DNA of 64,000 nt from an uncultured Candidatus Rokubacteria bacterium (GTDB taxonomy: Bacteria > Methylomirabilota > Methylomirabilia > Rokubacteriales > CSP1-6), in the NCBI GenBank assembly GCA_963758635.1, contig CAVWWD010000005.1:256001-320000 (forward strand), in the 5' to 3' direction. The notes under the pieces were generated by a model, which saw nothing but the letters and a program-made list of their open reading frames with translations, ran no database searches and was not told where the DNA came from. Shown piece after piece: positions 22,197 to 33,171 of the stretch (within the stretch, counting starts at the first letter, position 1; every line of letters starts with the position of its first letter). A program made the position numbers and the translations under genes.

Positions 22197-23321
22197 TCAG
22201 TGTAGCACGGGCTGCGCGGCCGACAGGCGCCACGCCCCGCTCGCCGCGCGCGTCCACCAGAGCGACCACGGCGCGGGGCCGTGCCCGTTCGTCGACGGGC
22301 GCAGCGCGCGGCCGTCCGGAGCGCCGGCGAGGCGCTCGTCGGTGGCCGCCACCACCACGAGTCCGGGCATGTCCGGGCTCTGGGCCTCGCACGCCGGCTC
22401 CGGACGGAGGCCGGCGGGCAGCCGCTGCCGCAGCCGCGCGTCCGGCACGAGCTCGGCGAGGCGCCGGGCGTCGCCGCCGGCGAGCGCGGAGAAGAACGCG
22501 GAGACGACCGAGCCCAGGTCGCGGTGCCAGCCGTTCCACACGTGACGGCGGGCCAGCACGGGCGCGCCGCCGTCGGCGGCGGCGCGGTACAGGTCCTCGT
22601 GCTCGGTCTGGCCCTCGCAGCCCGGCTTCCACCCCGGGTAGCGGAGCTCGTAGCGCAGCGTGATCTCTCCGCGCCCGAGCCCCACGTGCGAGGCGGCGAG
22701 GCCGTCGGGGAAGAGGTCGGCGCTGCTCCACGCCCGGGTGGCGTCGGCGTCGCCGCGCTGGCGCCACAGCTCCATGCGCACCGGGCGGCTCCCGCGGCCG
22801 GCGGCGGGCCCGAGCCAGGTCACCAGCCACTGCGCGGAGCCGTCGCGGGCGGGCGGCCACTCCGACACCTCGGGCACACCGTCGTGCGTCACCGTGCGCA
22901 CGGGCCCGATGGAATCGCCGCTCCGCGCGTAGATGCGCATGCCGCCGCTGTCGGGCACGCCGGAGAGGCTGAAGATGCCGACGGTGAACGGGCCACGGAC
23001 GCGGCCGCCGCGCGGCCGGAGCACCTGGAACGACGCGCCGCCCCATGCGCCGCTGAACGCATCGAGCCGATCCTGGATGAACGCGACCGCGGCGAACGGT
23101 CCGCCGCTCTCGAGGTTCTCGACGATCTCCTCGTCCACCAGGGCGTACAGCTCGGTCACCGCGGATCCCGAGGCGTCGCCGGCGCCGAGCTGGGCGAGGG
23201 CGAGGCGGCTCGCCGCGAGGTCACGGAAGCGCTCGAGGCGATCGGTGGCGTGGGCGGAAAGCCCGGCGGCGAGGACGAGGGCGGCGGTGATGCCCGCTAT
23301 CCACGCGCGCGGCGTGTTCAC
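22197..23321 (-). CDS. Secreted hypothetical protein
   Basis: Long ORF with signal peptide (…ALVLAAGLSAHA); start uncertain (GTG 23321 or TTG 23336). Confidence 0.65.
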   Translation of the reverse strand: MNTPRAWIAGITAALVLAAGLSAHATDRLERFRDLAASRLALAQLGAGDASGSAVTELYALVDEEIVENLESGGPFAAVAFIQDRLDAFSGAWGGASFQVLRPRGGRVRGPFTVGIFSLSGVPDSGGMRIYARSGDSIGPVRTVTHDGVPEVSEWPPARDGSAQWLVTWLGPAAGRGSRPVRMELWRQRGDADATRAWSSADLFPDGLAASHVGLGRGEITLRYELRYPGWKPGCEGQTEHEDLYRAAADGGAPVLARRHVWNGWHRDLGSVVSAFFSALAGGDARRLAELVPDARLRQRLPAGLRPEPACEAQSPDMPGLVVVAATDERLAGAPDGRALRPSTNGHGPAPWSLWWTRAASGAWRLSAAQPVLH

Positions 23322-23345
23322 GACGGTATCGTACAATGGCTGCGG

Positions 23346-25658
23346 ATGCTCCGCATCGTCGACCGCTACGTCCTCAAGGAGCTCGGTCCCCCGTTCGCCG
23401 TCGGCGTGGCCGTGTTCACGTTCTTCCTACTCATCGACCGCGTCTACTCCCTCACCGACCTCGTCATCACCAAGGGCGTGCCGTTCCACCTCGTGCTGTT
23501 CCTCCTCGTGTTCATCCTGCCCGCGTTCCTCACGCAAGCGTTACCCATCGCGCTGCTCGTCGCCGTCCTCCTCGTGTGCGGCCGCCTCGCCGCCGACCTC
23601 GAGATCACCGCGTTCAAGGCGTCGGGCGTGAGCCCGCTGCGCCTGTTCCGTCCCGTCGTTGCCGCCGCCGTCCTCGTGTCGCTCGCCGCCGCCTCGCTCA
23701 CCCTCGTCGTCACGCCGTGGGCGCAGGGCATGTTCCAGCGGCAGCTCTTCCGCATCCTCCAGACGCGCGCGGCGACCGGCATCACGGAGCGCACGTTCAG
23801 CGCGTCCTTCGGCCAGTTCACGCTCTACGTGCAGGACGTGAGCCCGTCCCAGGTCGCCCTCAAGGGCCTGATCGTGTCCGACGAGCGCGACCCCGCCCTC
23901 CTCCGCGTGATCGTCGCCCGCGAGGGCCGTCTCCTCACCGACGAGGAGAACAAGCGCGTGACCCTCCGCTTCCTCGACGGCGAGGTCACCGAGACCGACC
24001 CGGTGACGCGCCGCCGCTTCCGTCACACCGTGTTCACGCTCTACGACATGAACCTGCCCCTGGAGTCGCCGCTGTCGAGCGCGTCCAAGGCCGAGAAGCC
24101 CGAGCGCGACCTCCCCTCCACCGAGCTCCTCGGCCGGGCCCGCGCCCTCGCCGCCGACGGGCAGAAGGTGACGCCGTACTACGTGGAGTTCCACAAGCGG
24201 ATGTCGCTCCCGTTCGCGGCCATCGTCTTCGTGATCATCGGCTTCCCTCTCGGCGTGCGCTCCCAACGGGCCGGCCGCGGTGTGGCCATCGCCACCAGCC
24301 TCGGGATCGTGCTCTCGTACTACTTCGTGATGACGTCCGTCGAGAACATGGCGCACTCGCGCCGCGTCCCCGCCGGCCTCGGCATGTGGGCGCCCAACAT
24401 CCTGTTCGGGGCCGTCGGGCTGGTGATGCTGCGGCTCTCGCTGAAGGGTGTCCGGCTTCCGGGCGGGCGGGTGTTCTGGGTGGCGTGGGAGAACGTCCGG
24501 GAATGGCGGCCGCCCGCGCCACGGGGGTGGACGGCCCGGTGCGGCGGTCTCCTCCGTCTGCCCCGCCGGCGCGCGTCCAGCTTCATCATCGACCGCTACC
24601 TGATGCGGGAGTACGCGAAGTTCCTCGGCATCGCGGCGGCGGTGGGAGTGGTGCTCCTCGCCACCGTGGACCTCCTGCTGGTGCTCGACCGCTTCCTCCG
24701 GGTGAAGCCGCCGCTCACCTACATCCTGCAGCACTTCCTCTTCCGGCTGCCCGGCTTGCTCTACGGCGGGCTCCCCGTCATCGTGCTCATCGCCACCGTC
24801 TTCCTGTTCCTGTCCCTCACGCGCCAGCGCGAGCTCGACGCCCTCAAGGCCGCGGGCATCAGCCTCTACCGGGTGTGCCTGCCCGTCCTCGTCATCGCCG
24901 CCGGGCTGAGCGTCGGGTCCGTGCTCTTCCAGGAGGCGGCGCTGCCCGGGATCAACGCCCGCGCCGACGAGGTTGACCGGGTGAAGATCCGGGGCCAGAA
25001 GCCCAAGCACCTGCAGCAGCGCAGCCAGATCTGGTACCGGTCGTCGGACACGCGATTCTTCCGCCTCCAGCTCCTCGACCCCGCGGAGCAGTCCATCGAG
25101 GGGCTGCTGCTGCTCGAGGTGGACGCGAACTTCCGGCTCGTGAGCCGCCTCGACGCGAGGAAGGTGCGCTGGACCCCGCAGGGCTGGGAGCTGGCCGACG
25201 GCGCGTACCGCGAGGTCGTGGGCCGCACGCTCGAGGCGATGCCGTTCACGCTCACCGTGGTGCAGATGCCCGAGACCATCGAGGACTTCTCCCAGCTCCA
25301 GAAGCCGCCCGACACGATGAGCTTCCTCGAGCTGCGGAGCTACGTGCGGAACCTCCAGGAGAGCGGCCACCAGGTGCGGAAGCACCTCGTTGAGCTCTAC
25401 GCGAAGCTATCGTTCCCCCTCGTCCACGTGATCATGGCCCTGGTCGCGATCCCCTTCGCGCTCCTGTCACCGCGCAGCGGCGGCCGCGCCGTGGGCATCG
25501 GCGTGGCCGTGGCCATCGCCGCCGGGTACTGGATCGTCAACGCCATGGCGCTGTCGTTCGCGAAGGCCGACCTGCTGCCGCCGATGCTCGCCGCGTGGAC
25601 GGCGAACATCGTCTTCCTTGGGCTGGGCGCCGTGCTGTTCCTGCGCGCCCGCACCTGA
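23346..25658 (+). CDS. Fused LptF-LptG LPS export permease (~770 aa)
   Basis: Two YjgP/Q halves in one frame: MLRIVDRYVLKEL…EITAFKASGVS and FIIDRYLMRE…ELDALKAAGIS…AAWTANIVF. Confidence 0.9.
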   Translation: MLRIVDRYVLKELGPPFAVGVAVFTFFLLIDRVYSLTDLVITKGVPFHLVLFLLVFILPAFLTQALPIALLVAVLLVCGRLAADLEITAFKASGVSPLRLFRPVVAAAVLVSLAAASLTLVVTPWAQGMFQRQLFRILQTRAATGITERTFSASFGQFTLYVQDVSPSQVALKGLIVSDERDPALLRVIVAREGRLLTDEENKRVTLRFLDGEVTETDPVTRRRFRHTVFTLYDMNLPLESPLSSASKAEKPERDLPSTELLGRARALAADGQKVTPYYVEFHKRMSLPFAAIVFVIIGFPLGVRSQRAGRGVAIATSLGIVLSYYFVMTSVENMAHSRRVPAGLGMWAPNILFGAVGLVMLRLSLKGVRLPGGRVFWVAWENVREWRPPAPRGWTARCGGLLRLPRRRASSFIIDRYLMREYAKFLGIAAAVGVVLLATVDLLLVLDRFLRVKPPLTYILQHFLFRLPGLLYGGLPVIVLIATVFLFLSLTRQRELDALKAAGISLYRVCLPVLVIAAGLSVGSVLFQEAALPGINARADEVDRVKIRGQKPKHLQQRSQIWYRSSDTRFFRLQLLDPAEQSIEGLLLLEVDANFRLVSRLDARKVRWTPQGWELADGAYREVVGRTLEAMPFTLTVVQMPETIEDFSQLQKPPDTMSFLELRSYVRNLQESGHQVRKHLVELYAKLSFPLVHVIMALVAIPFALLSPRSGGRAVGIGVAVAIAAGYWIVNAMALSFAKADLLPPMLAAWTANIVFLGLGAVLFLRART

Positions 25659-25724
25659 TCCCACCTCGCGAAGGCCCGCGCGCCGGCGACGAGCGCGCCG
25701 GCCGGGCCGGCGGCGCCGGGCCGA

Positions 25725-28700
25725 TCAGCGATGCGAGGTGCCGGCCGGGGCCGGTTCCGCCGCCGCCGTCGCGGCGACCCGTGGGGCGGCGAGCGGCGCA
25801 TCGAGCACGGGGGCGAGCGCGGGCAGCAGCCCCCCGAGCAGCTTCACGGGCAGCGCGCTCGTGAACTCGTAGCTGCCCGCCGCGCGCCCCGGCACGTAGG
25901 CGGTGACCGTGCCGAAGAACCGGTCGTCGATGGCGAACACGAACGTCGCGGCGCGGCTCACCACGCGCGAGTCGATGAGCCGTCCCCCGCGCCGTAGCGC
26001 TCGTACCGGTGATCGCCGGTGCCGGTCTTACCGCCCGCGACGTGCCGGGCCCTTCCGTCGCCGCGCAGGGCCTCGCCCAGGCTCCTCGCCGTGCCCTGCT
26101 CGACCACGTCGGCGAGGGCGCGCTTCACGGTCTGGGCGACCTCGGGCGCCATCACGCGCCGGCCCTCGGCCGGGATCCGGGCCAGCCGCGCCTCGTACGG
26201 CGTGCCCGCGCCCACGGTCAGCCGCTCCACGAGCACCGTCGGCAGCCGGATGCCGTCATTGACGATGATGCCCATCAGTTCGGCGAGGGCGGCGGGGCGG
26301 TCGCCCGAGCTGCCGATGGCCGTCCCGAGTGACGGCGTCAGCGAGACGAACGGATAGCCGAGGCGCTGCCAGCCGCGGTGCAGCTCCAGGAACACCTCGA
26401 GCTCGAGCAGGCTCGCGATGCGCCGGTCCTGGGCGTAGCGGTGCCGGGTCTTGAAGAGCCAGCCGTACACCTCTTGCCGCTCGGCCGCGCTCGCGCCCAG
26501 AATCTCCGCGAGATCGGCCTCGGGGCGCCGGCGCAGGTAGGCGACCAGCCACAGCTCGAGCGGATGGATGCGCGCGATGAACCCCTGGTCGATGAGCGAG
26601 AAGCGGCCGGGCCTGTAGCGGGCGTGGAGGTCGGCCGCACGCTCGATCACCGGCAGGTCCGGGAGTCGCGCGGCGAGGACGGCGCCGAGGGTCGGCGCGT
26701 CGCCCGCGGGGTTCACGGCGCGGAAGGCGGCGGCGAGCGCATGCGGCGCCCTGCCGGCCGCTCCCGAGCAGCGTCTCCAGCGCCTCGTCGGCGCTCTTGC
26801 CCTGGTACTTGCGGTAGAACCGCCGGATGAACTCCGCGCCCTCGCGGTCGGCGAAGCGGGCCAGATACGTTTCGCGCCGGGTGTCGCCGGGATCGTCCAG
26901 GATGCGACCGATGGAGCCAGGTCGGGCGTACACGTAGTGATCCACGATGTCCCGCATCAGCCGGATGAACACCAGGTTCACCGACCGGCGGAAGCCCTCG
27001 GCCACTGACATGATGCGCCCGTCGTCCTCGGGATCGAAGTTGCCGAAGGCCTGGACGCCGCCGCCCGTGACGAACTGCCCGGGATGGGCGGGATAGCGGC
27101 GCGCCATCGCGGCCGCGAGCATCGCCGCGAGCCCGCGGTCGCGCGCGGTGGCGAGGTGCTCGATCGCCCACGCGCCCAGGCGATCGCGGCGGTGCACCTC
27201 GGACTGGCGGAGCGCCTCCGGCTCGAGGCCGGCCAGCCGCTGGTGGAGCGCGGCCACCGCCTCGAGGTAGCTCACCAGCGTGCGCAGCTTCGCGGTCGAG
27301 CCCAGGTCGATACGCGCGCCCGCGTTCAGGTCCAGGGGCTGGTCGAGGCTGTCCGTCTGCACGCGCACGCGGTTGCCGCCCGGCCCGCGCTCGTAGAGCG
27401 TGAAGCTGTAGATCACGCTCGAGGGGTCGCCGCGCTCGAGCATGTGGAACCCGCGCAGCCCGCGGGCGGCCACCGCGGCGGGATCCCGCAGCGAGTGCAG
27501 CACGCGCGTCACCGCGTCCTGGGCGGCGGCGGACAGCGTGCTCTCGGCGGCGAGGTCGAGGCGGTCCAGATCGTAGAGCGTGCCGGCCCCGACCATCGTC
27601 ACGAGGCGGGAGCGGAGGAGGGTGGCGCCCTTGCGCTCCGCGAAGTCGATGGTCTCCATCGCCGTCGATCGGACCGGATCGAGCCGGAGCCCGGCGGCGG
27701 CCTCCCGCAGGTCCGCGTCGATCACGCCGGCGCGCGCGAGCCGCCTCAGGTAGCGATCGCATAGCTGCTCGAGCGCGCCCGGCTGCTCCACCAGATAGTG
27801 GAACGGCCGCCGCGCGGCCAGGACGAGGCCGAGCACGCGCCGGTACGTCCGCGCCCGCACCTCCCGCGACGCGCGGGTCGGGTCGGAGAGGACGCGCGTG
27901 GCCTCGGCGAGATCGAGCCGGTACCAGGCCCACAGGGCGTCGCCCAGCCCGTGCACCTCGCCGTGCCCCGGCGCGGCGGCCAGGGGCATCGTGTTCAGGT
28001 AGTCGACCAGGATCTGGCGGCGCGCCGTGGTGGTGTCGGGCCCGCCCTGGTAGGCGCGCAGGCTCGCCGCGATCATCTGCGAGAGCTTCTCGCGCGCGGA
28101 GTGCGTGCGCCCGTCCGGTGAGTGTCGGAACTTCTCGATCTGGGTGGCGAGCGTGCTCGCGCCGATGTCGCGGCTGTCGCGGCCCATCACGTTGACCGCC
28201 TTGATGCCCACGGCCTTGACGAGGCGGGGCCAGTCCACGGCGGGGTTGCGCCGTGGATGGGCGGGATCGAGGAGCACGCGGTTCTCCACGAAGAGGAGCG
28301 TGTTCGCCACCAGCGCCGGCACGGACTCGAAGCGATCGAAGACGTGCTCGGGATAGCGGCTCTCGTAGAGCACCTGTCCCGCGCGGTCGAGCACCCGCAG
28401 CCCGGCCTGGCTCTTCTCCTGATAGATGGGAGGCACGCCCCAGGCCAGCACCTCGGCGTGGCGCTCGGAGATCCGCGCCTGCGCCTCGACCTTGAAGCCC
28501 GCGCCGGCCGCGCGCTCGATGAGCGCGGGCAGCCGCGCGTAGCCCAGGCGGATGTCGTGCGGGCCGGTGGCGGGCAGCGGCGGGGCGCCGGCGAGGCCGG
28601 GCTCGACGCGGAAGGTCAGCCCGCCGGCGAGCCGGGAGAGGCGCCACGCCTGGAGCCAGGACGTGCGCATCTCGACGGCGCACACCGCGGCCACGGCCAG

Positions 28701-28820
28701 GCCGAGACCGGCCAAGACCCCGAGGACGATCCAGCGGACGCGGCGCCGGACGGCGCGGCCGCGCTTCGCCTGGACGCTGACGCCCTCCGCGGCGATCGGG
28801 GGGACGAGGACCGGTGGCAC
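25725..28820 (-). CDS. Large transglycosylase/penicillin-binding protein; frameshifts near 26735 and 25985
   Basis: LLFVENR, GASTLATQIEK (GT51), DLGSTAK, RSVN, GGKTGTGD spread over three consecutive ORFs. Confidence 0.85.
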
Positions 28821-28905
28821 ACCACGAGTCTACATATCCCGCCCGCGAATCGCCGGCAGTTCGCGAAGCGCCCGCGCCCGGCCCGGACGCGCCGGCGGGG
28901 CTAAA

Positions 28906-28984
28906 TGACCCCTCGCAGGGTACGGTAGCCGCCACGGGCCTCTACAGTCCCACCGCTCGGCGTGAGTCTGATGCGCGGGGCTCG
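28906..28984 (-). repeat. Dispersed ~78-bp hairpin element, copy B
   Basis: Reverse complement of copy A with few changes; begins immediately after the UPF0182 TAA. Confidence 0.95.
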
Positions 28985-31729
28985 TTAGCGGAGCTGGCGC
29001 AGAGCCTCCTCGAGCCGCTTCTGCTCCTGGCCGTACGCCGCCCAGTCGCCGCGCTTGAGGGCCTCCTGCGACTTCTGCCAGGCCTCCAGGGCTCGCTCCG
29101 CGGCGGCCCGGGCCGTCGCATCCAGGGCGCCGCCGGCGGCGGGCGCGGGGGCCTGGGTGGCGGCCACCGGGGTCCCGGGGGCGGCGGGCGTCTGGTCGCC
29201 ACGGATGCGGCCACCGAAGATGCGCTGGAGCGACTGCTCCAGGGTGGGCTCCATGGCGATCTGGTTGCCGTACGCCACGATGACCCGCCGCAGCTCGGGG
29301 AGCGCGCCCTGCTCGGTGGCCGACAGGTAGAGCGGCTGGACGTAGATGAGCGACGTCTCGATGGGGATGGCGAGCAGCGAGCCGCGGAGCACCCGCGAGC
29401 CCTGCTGGTTCCAGAGGGCGAGCTGCTGGGAGATGACGGGGTCCTGATCGATGCGCGCGTCGATCTGGCGCGGTCCGTACACGAGCTTCTGCTTGGGGAA
29501 CGTGTACACGATGAGCTTGCCGTAGTTGGGCCCGTCGACCCGCGCCACCATGATCGCGATCATGTTGTCGCGCCGGCTCGGGTTGAAGGCGTTCAGGAGC
29601 ACGAACTCCTCCCGCGCCTCCCCGGGCAACCGCATGATGGTGTAGTAGGGCTCCATTTCGCGCTCGCGGCCCTCCTGCTGGCGGCGCGGGATCGTCCAGA
29701 GGTCCTCCTTGTTGTAGAAGACCTGCGGGTCCTCCATGTGGTAGGTCGCGAGCATCTGCGCCTGGATCGTGAAGAGGTCCTCCGGGTAGCGCATGTGGCT
29801 CTGGAGGTCCTTGGGCATGTCGGCGAGGGGCCGCAGCAGACCCGGGAACGCCTTCGCCCACGTGCGCACGATCGGGTCGTCGGGATCCGCGATGTAGTAG
29901 GTCACGGTGCCGTGGTAGGCGTCGACCGTGGCCTTCACCGAGTTCCGGATGTAGTTGCCGACGCCGCGCACGGGCTGCGCGTAGGGGTAGCGGTCGGTGG
30001 TGGTGTAGCCGTCGACCATCCAGTAGAGACGCCCGTCCTCGCCGATCACCAGGTAGGGGTCGCGGTCGAAGCGCAGGAACGGCGCGGGCTGGCGGACGCG
30101 CGCGCGGATGTCGCGGTACACCATCACCCGGGCCTCCGCCGGGAGGTCGTCGGAGAGCAGGACCTTCATGTCGCCGAATCGGGCGGCGAAGGCGAGCTTG
30201 CGCAGGAACGAGTTGACGGGGATGCCGCCCCGCCCCTCGTAGCGGGTGTACACGTTCTGATCGCCCGCCGGGTAGTCGAGCTCCTGGGACTTGGTGCGGA
30301 CAAACACGTACTCGTTGCCGGACTCGCCGTAGTAGATCTCCGGCCGCGTGATGGCGGGGAAGCCGCCCGCGACCTTGGGCGGGATGTCCTGGACGAAGAA
30401 CTCGGGCAGGCCCTCGCGGCTGATCCGGTTCACGGGGCCCGCCACCAGCCCGTAGCCATGCGTGTAGGTGAGGTGCTCGTTGATCCAGTTCTGCACCTGG
30501 CCGGGCAGGTGCCGGTGGCTCAGCTCGCGGGCGGAGAGCATGACCTGGCGATATTCCCCGCCCAGCGTGTAGCGGTCGTTGTCCACGTCGAGGAACTTGT
30601 AGTAGGTGCGGATCTCCTGGAGCTGGCCGTACGTCGTGAGCAGCGGCCGGTGGTCCCAGAGCCGGATGTTCTTGATCGTGAGGTTGTTCCGGTCGAGGGC
30701 CTCCGGCGTGAGGCGCTCGTCGGCGGCGAAGTCCTGCTCGGCCACGCGGTCGAGCCCGTAGGCCTGGCGCGTCATCCGGATGCTGTGCTGGATGTACGGG
30801 CGCTCCGCCACGAGCTCGTTGGGCGTGACCCGGAAGCGCTGGAGGAGCGCCGGGTACACCCCGAGTCCGCCCACCCACACCACCCCCAGCACCACGAGCC
30901 CGGAGACGAGGAAGAGCCAGCCCGGCCGGCGCGACTGGACGAGGCACGCCAGTGCGCACAGGAGCGCCAGCACCATGAGGACACGCAATACGGGCAAGGA
31001 CGCGTTCACGTCCGTGTAGGCCGCGCCGAACACCGCCCCGCGGGGGGAGAAGAGCAGATCGAACTGGTCCAGCCAGAAGCCCGCCGCGCGCAGCGCGAGC
31101 AGGAGCGCGCCGAGAGCCAGGAGGTGGGTACGCGCGCCGCTGGCCAGGCGCGGGCCCCGCGCGGTGAGGACGAGGCTCCGCTGGAGCACGTAGACGGCGG
31201 CGCTCAGGACGAGCGTGCCCGTCACCAGCGTCATCGCCCAGCCGTACAGGAGCCGCAGGAACGGCAGCTCGAAGATGTAGAACCCCAGATCGCGGTTGAA
31301 CAGCGGATCCACCCGGCCGAACGGCGTGGCGTTGACGTACTGGAGGAGGACATCCCAGGCCCCGCTCGCCCGCACCCCAGCGAGGATCGCGATCACCCCG
31401 ATGACGGGGAGCAGCAGCCGGCGCACGAGCGGCTCGAGGATGGCGCGCCCGGGCAAGCCGAGCTGGTCCTCCAGCTCCCACAGCACGTCCGGGGGCGCCG
31501 ACCGCGCGGCGAGCCAGAGATTGGCGAACATGAACACGAAGACGGCGGCGGCGAGGCCGAGCACGAGCCAGCCCCGGAGCGTGAGCGTGATCGTGAAGAC
31601 CTGCGAGAAGCCGACCTCCTGGAACCAGAGCCAGTCCGTGTAGAGCGGGACGGCCTGGCCGAAGATGGCCATGGCGAGGAAGAGGAGGAGCAGGAAGACG
31701 ATGGGACGAGGACGGCGTCTGTTGGCCAC
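28985..31729 (-). CDS. UPF0182 family membrane protein
   Basis: YTDWLWFQEVG, DPLFNRDLGFYIF, NIRLWD, YTHGYG, NYIRNSVKATVDAYHG, HMRYPEDLF. Confidence 0.95.
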   Translation of the reverse strand: MANRRRPRPIVFLLLLFLAMAIFGQAVPLYTDWLWFQEVGFSQVFTITLTLRGWLVLGLAAAVFVFMFANLWLAARSAPPDVLWELEDQLGLPGRAILEPLVRRLLLPVIGVIAILAGVRASGAWDVLLQYVNATPFGRVDPLFNRDLGFYIFELPFLRLLYGWAMTLVTGTLVLSAAVYVLQRSLVLTARGPRLASGARTHLLALGALLLALRAAGFWLDQFDLLFSPRGAVFGAAYTDVNASLPVLRVLMVLALLCALACLVQSRRPGWLFLVSGLVVLGVVWVGGLGVYPALLQRFRVTPNELVAERPYIQHSIRMTRQAYGLDRVAEQDFAADERLTPEALDRNNLTIKNIRLWDHRPLLTTYGQLQEIRTYYKFLDVDNDRYTLGGEYRQVMLSARELSHRHLPGQVQNWINEHLTYTHGYGLVAGPVNRISREGLPEFFVQDIPPKVAGGFPAITRPEIYYGESGNEYVFVRTKSQELDYPAGDQNVYTRYEGRGGIPVNSFLRKLAFAARFGDMKVLLSDDLPAEARVMVYRDIRARVRQPAPFLRFDRDPYLVIGEDGRLYWMVDGYTTTDRYPYAQPVRGVGNYIRNSVKATVDAYHGTVTYYIADPDDPIVRTWAKAFPGLLRPLADMPKDLQSHMRYPEDLFTIQAQMLATYHMEDPQVFYNKEDLWTIPRRQQEGREREMEPYYTIMRLPGEAREEFVLLNAFNPSRRDNMIAIMVARVDGPNYGKLIVYTFPKQKLVYGPRQIDARIDQDPVISQQLALWNQQGSRVLRGSLLAIPIETSLIYVQPLYLSATEQGALPELRRVIVAYGNQIAMEPTLEQSLQRIFGGRIRGDQTPAAPGTPVAATQAPAPAAGGALDATARAAAERALEAWQKSQEALKRGDWAAYGQEQKRLEEALRQLR

Positions 31730-31883
31730 GCGCGCGCTCCCCTAGCCCGAGGCGGCCGATCGCGCGGTCGACGGCGAGCGCGACGCGAGGGCGGTCATGA
31801 CGTCATTCCTTTCGCGGCACGGCCACCGAGCGCGGTCGATCGGGCGGCCGTGACGTGACACTGGGGTTCGTGAGAGATCGTCA

Positions 31884-31920
31884 GGGGAAACGGGGGGGAG
31901 CGGCGCGCGCTCCCCCCATC
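31884..31920 (+). repeat. G-rich REP-like palindrome / possible terminator after metK
   Basis: GGGGGGAGCG-GCG-CGCTCCCCCC hairpin; homologous copy at 38187-38225. Confidence 0.6.
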
Positions 31921-31924
31921 ACGG

Positions 31925-33076
31925 TCAAATACCGGCGTCGTCCCGGAGGTCCTTGACGCGGTCGGTGCGCTCCCACGAGAACTCCGGCTCGCTGCGTCCG
32001 AAGTGTCCGTACGCCGCGGTCTTCTTGTAGATGGGGCGCCGCAGGTTCAGGTACTTGATGATGCCGGCCGGGGTGAAGTCGAAGTGGCGCCGCACGAGCT
32101 GCTCGAGGCGGGCCGCCGGCACCTTCCCGGTGCCGAAGGTCTCCACCATGATCGACACCGGGTCGGCCACGCCGATCGCGTAGGCCACCTGCACCTGCGC
32201 GCGGTCGGCCAGCCCCGCCGCGACGATGTTCTTGGCGACGTGCCGGGCCATGTAGCACGCGGAGCGGTCGACCTTCGTCGGATCCTTGCCGGAGAACGCG
32301 CCGCCGCCGTGCGGGCAGGAGCCGCCGTACGTGTCGACGATGATCTTGCGCCCGGTCAGCCCGGTGTCCCCCATGGGGCCGCCGGTGACGAACCGCCCGG
32401 TGGGGTTGATGTGGAAGGTGACTTTCCCCTTCTCTACCAGCTCCGGCGGCAGCGTCGGCCGGATCACGTGCTCGGTGACGTCCTCGCGGATCCGCTCGAT
32501 GGTCACGTCCGGGCTGTGCTGGGTGGAGATGACGACGGTCTCCACGCCGACGGGCTTGTCGTCGACGTAGCGCACCGACACCTGGCTCTTGCCGTCCGGC
32601 CGGAGGTAGTCGATGACGCCGCTCCGGCGGACCTCGGTGAGGCGCTGCACGAGCCGGTGGGCGAGCATGATCGGCAGCGGCATCAGCTCGGGCGTCTCGC
32701 GGCAGGCGTAGCCGAACATGAGGCCCTGGTCGCCTGCGCCGAGGTTGTCCACGCCCATCGCGATGTCCGGCGACTGCTTGTCGATCGCGGCGATGACGCC
32801 GCAGGTGTCGCAGTCGAACCCGAACTTGGCGCGTGTGTAGCCGACCTGTCGGATGGTTTCCCGGGCGAGCCCCGGGATGTCGACGTAGCAGGACGTCGTG
32901 ATCTCGCCGGCCACGACCACCAGGCCGGTGGTCACCAGGGTCTCGCAGGCGACGCGACCCGTTGGGTCCTGGCCGATGATGGCGTCGAGCACCGCATCCG
33001 AGATCTGATCGGCGATCTTGTCCGGGTGCCCTTCCGTGACCGATTCCGACGTGAAAAGGTACTCCTCACGCGCCAT
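31925..33076 (-). CDS. metK: S-adenosylmethionine synthetase
   Basis: [34 protein letters not shown]. Confidence 0.98.
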   Translation of the reverse strand: MAREEYLFTSESVTEGHPDKIADQISDAVLDAIIGQDPTGRVACETLVTTGLVVVAGEITTSCYVDIPGLARETIRQVGYTRAKFGFDCDTCGVIAAIDKQSPDIAMGVDNLGAGDQGLMFGYACRETPELMPLPIMLAHRLVQRLTEVRRSGVIDYLRPDGKSQVSVRYVDDKPVGVETVVISTQHSPDVTIERIREDVTEHVIRPTLPPELVEKGKVTFHINPTGRFVTGGPMGDTGLTGRKIIVDTYGGSCPHGGGAFSGKDPTKVDRSACYMARHVAKNIVAAGLADRAQVQVAYAIGVADPVSIMVETFGTGKVPAARLEQLVRRHFDFTPAGIIKYLNLRRPIYKKTAAYGHFGRSEPEFSWERTDRVKDLRDDAGI

Positions 33077-33136
33077 CGAGCCCTCCTCCCCGGCTCCCGC
33101 GGGGTGAGCCGAACCGTTTTAGCACGCAGTCACGGC

Positions 33137-33165
33137 ACGTTAGCACAGGGACTCCGAGGCCTCAA
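33137..33165 (-). promoter_or_regulatory. Putative sigma70 promoter of metK
   Basis: TTGAGG-N17-TAACGT with extended TG. Confidence 0.5.
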
Positions 33166-33171
33166 GGCGAA

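Noticed and set aside
28900..28990. Integron attC interpretation of the 78-bp element (GCTAAC…TTAGC in copy B), with xerD as integrase
   Set aside because: Other copies lack RYYYAAC/GTTRRRY boxes, flanking genes are housekeeping, and the recombinase is a typical XerD with no evident IntI-specific insertion
28814..31858. Very long antisense/alternate-frame ORFs (e.g. 1014 aa here, 1325 aa at 52622, 880 aa at 37695)
   Set aside because: Shadow ORFs of GC3-rich genuine genes; no recognisable motifs
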